From assembly GCA_051362555.1 (NCBI GenBank), contig CM120640.1, forward strand, positions 10,230,001-10,294,000: a stretch of DNA of 64,000 bases. The letters are read 5' to 3'. Shown here piece after piece: positions 59,901-64,000 of this stretch. The notes beneath the pieces were generated by a model that was not told where the DNA came from, did no database searches, and was given only the letters and a program-made list of their open reading frames with translations. Numbering within the stretch: position 1 is the first letter of the stretch; the number at the start of each line of letters is the position of its first letter. A program made the translations under genes and the position numbers. Source of the DNA: Lingula anatina (lineage: Eukaryota; Animalia; Brachiopoda).

Positions 59901-62900
59901 GAGGTGACCCTGTAATGAAAATTCAATGCATAAATATATTGTTATATTGTTTGGTGTGCACAATTTTTGCAGCAATTAGTTACATTTCAGCTCTGAAAAG
60001 TGGCTTATTTTATACGTGTAATGACCAGCCGTGTACGAAACATGAATAGTTGGTGCCTTAGAAGGGAACACAACGTTCTCTAGAACCCCTGGCCCAGCGT
60101 ACAATCTCAAGATGAAATAATTGCCCAGAAATACTTCTGTTTGATTATCTTAAGCTCACCTTATATTGACCAATGGGTGCAAAGATTTGTTGGGATTTGT
60201 CAAGACTACAGAGAGAGCCAAGACCTATCGTCCCACGTGTTTCCTGAAATATATTGTGTTTGAAGCTCAATCTCAAAAATGATTAAAAGCTGAATATACA
60301 GATTAGAATATAAACTAGGAAGGAAAGGACGTAAAAATGGAGCGACCGATTGCAAAACATACTAACAAAAGAACGAAAATACTCATCTATGCAATCAAAC
60401 TAAAAATTCTAGACAGATGAGACAAACAAACTACTACAAGAGCGCCACAGGACGCACCGAGCGAACCAAACGTTTCCTTGGATGCATGCGTCTCTCCCCT
60501 GAGCTGGTGGTGCTTGGTCTGGCAGACTGCTGCGTTCCCGGGCGTCCACCAATTCCAGTGGTCGTCACACGTTGTTTGCGAAAGTGAATCTCATTGTAGT
60601 CTACTTGCCAACTACTCTCTCGGAGTTTCTCCGACTGTTTATATTTCCTAAAATGAAGAAAGACCAAGAAATGTTTCTGTTTTTATTAAACCAATCATAT
60701 TAATGCGCCCGATATAAATATACATTGTATGCTAAGCCAACAACGGTAGCAATTATATTACATTTTGAAGCAATGTTGTAAGGTGCAAGTTGTGTATTTC
60801 TATTTTCATGCATATTTATCACAAGGACAGTTAATTAAAACGATACACAAACGACTCACCTGAAGACCAGCAACAGGAATAGGATGGCCATTACCACGAA
60901 AATTGCAACCAGAACACCTACCACAATCGCAACCACGTCTGCAATGAATTCGTCATATTGTAAGATATATCCTATTAAACATTCATGTTTGTGATTATAG
61001 ATGATAATAATAAACTTATTCAAATTTGCTATTTTGCACATCAACTCCAGATTTCTTATCGAACCGTATTTAATGAATTATCAGCAAAAATGTGAATAAG
61101 TAATAGCTGTGACAAAATATCCTACTCTTACCAGTTTCACATAGTTCGTTCTGATAGCCGCACTCTGGAGTATCTGGAGGGTGGCTTCCACGGTTTCCTG
61201 GCCATTGGACACTTAGAATTGGGGAAAACACCTGCGGTGTGCCGGATAGTGTGCCGAGAGTCTGCCAACTTCCTCTCTGATAGTGTTTTAGAAAAAAGGT
61301 TGGGATTCTGTCTCCATTCCCGTCCATTTTGACCAGGCCGGTCACGCCTGAAGTGATTGATATGAATGTTACGCATTCGAAAAAGAAAATACATCAAATT
61401 AAATACATTATGTCATTTAAATGGCTAATGTTCTCTTGAGCAGTAAGCTCATGCTTCAAAAGTACAAAAATGTTTCGGCTAAGGTTCACTTTTATCAAAA
61501 ACATAAGCAGTTGAATAAGTATTTCAAAAACAATTAGTAACACATTTTGTACGTATTGTTCTGAGGTCGGATCTTTTTGTACTGCTGTCGTCGTGTTTGT
61601 AACTTACCCAAATGATTAGGGTATAAATATCGAAGATTAAAGCTTTGTATAATTAAAAGTAAGTCCCTTATAACAGTACGCCATGAAAGTCCGATTCAAA
61701 AGTCATTTCTAGGGAAAGCGTCAGAGATATTCGCAAAGAACTACTTCCGAGTTGAAGTAAATGATAAAACAATACAAGAAAGGAAGTTTGTGTATGAAAA
61801 TGACATTTAAAATGAAATAAACAGGCAGTCTGTACGGCACATTTACCTTGGAATCCCTGAAGATATTTCGTACTGTTAAGCACTGCCAGCGTGTCATTTC
61901 CTAGGAGGCCTAACGTCACCGCCCTGTTCACCATGTGAGCATAGAGAAGTACTGCGTCATGGAGGAACCCTGCATAGCTGTCCACCTTCATATACATACA
62001 TAAATACATGTATATATATATATTGTTATAAAAGTAATACTGAGTGTATTATTCAGTGATATTTCACTGTTGCTCTTTTTAAAAAAATTTATTACAGTTA
62101 TGCAGTATATATAGACCATCTTTCTGGGCCTTTTTCTTCTTTCGTTTTTTGAATTGCATAAATACGTTTGAACAACACCGATAATAGAATTGTCATTTAT
62201 TGTCCTTTCAAAATGGCAATTTTTTATAATCAAATATATGTTCTTTCCTTTTTCCAAGGCACTCTTGATTTTACTACTACTAATATCCCTAAACAGTATC
62301 ATCATTATTCACTGAAACGACGCAATTGTGTCACAAGGTAAAATGAATGACTGTAAATTAAAACCAAATTTGGTAGCTCGTTTTGCGTATTATTCTATCA
62401 AAACATACATAGATTAATCTTAAAAGGCCAGACAATGAATAGCTGTTGATGATCTACAGTTACAGTAATTCTGTCCCACCTTTTGATAAGAAGACATTGT
62501 GTAGTTGAAAGGTGGAGTTGCCGTCCGAGTGCGGGTGTCCTTCTCAAACTGTTCATATTGGGCGTCAGCCTGTTTCCTTGCTGACAACGTGAATAACAAT
62601 TGTGACGCATCTTTCAAATCCTCTCTCCTCGTTTTTGTATTTGAAATCCATGGTGGTTCTTTGTCAGTTGGTATATTGGACAGGATCTCAAAATTGACGA
62701 AGACGTATTCGCCGTTTGTAAACCCAGCGTCATGAGCGTCTAAGAGCAGTTTGCCCAGCTGCTTAGTGTTGGGGACGCAGATGAGAACGACTTAAAGAGA
62801 AAAGAAAAACCCGATTATCCAACAGCGTTGACATAGGAATGGGTCTGCCTCTCAACGTTTAACTAATTGAATTGAGATCAGGTGTCATAAGATAACTTTA

Positions 62901-63785
62901 AGTGCTGCATAAGCTTCAATCGATCCCGCTTTTTTCCTTTTTTCTACTAGAACCGGATTGAATGTCCGGAGTACACAAACCCTTCTTTGTACAGCCTTTC
63001 ACGTAAAAATCGAATTGTTTAGTGGATTTGAAATAATGTGCTGTGGTTCGCTAGCTCTGTTTGATTCAACGTTGTTGGGCGGGAAATATCTTGTCAATTT
63101 AACAATTTATCGGATGTAGTACTTTTTATTTTGTTTTAAACTATAAACATCAAAGCAAATTTACTCACTCCTACATTTCTTTTTCATTTCCTCCAAAATA
63201 GACTTGAAGTCACTCGTTTGTGAGTCAGCGAATGACATGAAATAGTTAAGATGGAGATCCCGCCTCGAAGTTATGATTTCTGTTGTATCGTTACCAACAA
63301 CATTACAGTCCGTGTTGTCTGCCTTCAGGAGACCTGGAAATTATCCGCATACTTCTTCTTAGAACACAGTTCAAAAAAGAAAAGATTAATTGATGAAAAT
63401 GCATACTATCACTAGCATTTTTAAAAATTATTTTTCAACAACTTCATCTTAATAACAATCTAAAATCATAAACTTAACAGATCGTTTGCCCCAGCGATTC
63501 TAACCGAATTACGCATAAAAATTTGGGCCCATGACACATGTAAATACTGAGTACGATACGTGCATCATGGTTCCAAGATAAAAAAATAATTTGGATCTTC
63601 ACCGATCTTTTTCCATTTGTAATAGTCCAATACAGTAGTCAGGGAGGCAGCTATGTTATCCGTGGAAGGCAGGGTTCTGTACAGTGTTGGGTATGTCTTC
63701 TTATAACTGAGGTCTGGGGCTGGTGAGACCCACGATATCACTGGGAGATTCCAGTAAGACGCTAGTAAACTTACAGACCTGGTGG
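54489..63785 (-). CDS. Receptor guanylyl cyclase (natriuretic-peptide-receptor-like), about 20 exons; 5' exon(s) outside the window
   Basis: ANF-receptor ectodomain exons ([12 protein letters not shown]...YPTLYRT at 63603-63785; [13 protein letters not shown]; WPG...PPDTPECG), TM exon at ~60860-60959, kinase-homology domain ([36 protein letters not shown]) and cyclase domain ([38 protein letters not shown]). Last exon 54489-54933. Confidence 0.96.
54988..55302. mobile_element. hAT-like MITE in a guanylyl cyclase intron
   Basis: Ends CAGGGGTGGATCC / AAATCCGCCACTG; 8-bp TSD GTTCAATA / GTTCAATG. Confidence 0.8.
56412..56464. repeat. (AAT)n microsatellite
   Basis: Direct reading. Confidence 0.95.
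59246..59333. mobile_element. 88-bp hAT-like MITE of the same family as 54988-55302
   Basis: CAGGGGCAGATCCAGGATTATTTGAAGGGGG ... AAATCTGCCACTG; perfect 8-bp TSD CACTGAAG. Confidence 0.85.
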
Positions 63786-64000
63786 CTGAAATCGTAAATA
63801 TTTTACATTGTGTGATACGTCTCTTAAACTGTCAATATCTCTCTCACTTTCTCTCTATCACTCTCTCTTTCCAGAAAGTGAATAAATACTTTTAAGGCTC
63901 AGATACATAAAGTGTGGACGTTTTATTATGACATGTATGTTCATGACAGTCCCAAGAGTAAGTAGTTTCATGCGGGATAACAAACCGCGAACAACGGGTC

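Noticed and set aside
57299-62735. Several + strand ORFs over the cyclase gene
   Set aside because: Antisense shadows of coding exons.

Overview
AT-rich, intron-containing animal genomic DNA, probably a marine invertebrate of lophotrochozoan type (inferred from gene and repeat style; the species cannot be determined here). No prokaryotic features. From left to right: (1) a decayed Academ-like DNA transposon with long inverted ends (<1-5267). (2) Two exons of a minus-strand SAM-domain gene. Its first intron holds a TTAA-flanked Kolobok-like MITE and an RT-deleted LINE with a twin-priming-type 5' inversion. (3) An apparently perfect 6935-bp tandem duplication (9191-16125 / 16126-23060). It copies a whole CCDC122-like gene plus the promoter and first exon of both flanking genes. 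(4) A single-pass receptor-like protein: signal peptide, SUEL-lectin-like domain, CUB-like domain, poly-Asp/His tract, Pro/Thr stalk, TM helix and Tyr-motif tail. (5) A short orphan-like spliced gene head-to-head with TNFAIP8/TIPE. (6) FKRP. (7) A small PPxY membrane protein. (8) An EMI-domain collagen (COL26A1/EMID1-like). (9) A receptor guanylyl cyclase whose 5' end lies outside the window. There are many MITEs, and two tiny hairpins that look like P-element excision footprints. All exon models were built by hand from GT-AG sites and reading-frame phase; no database searches were run.
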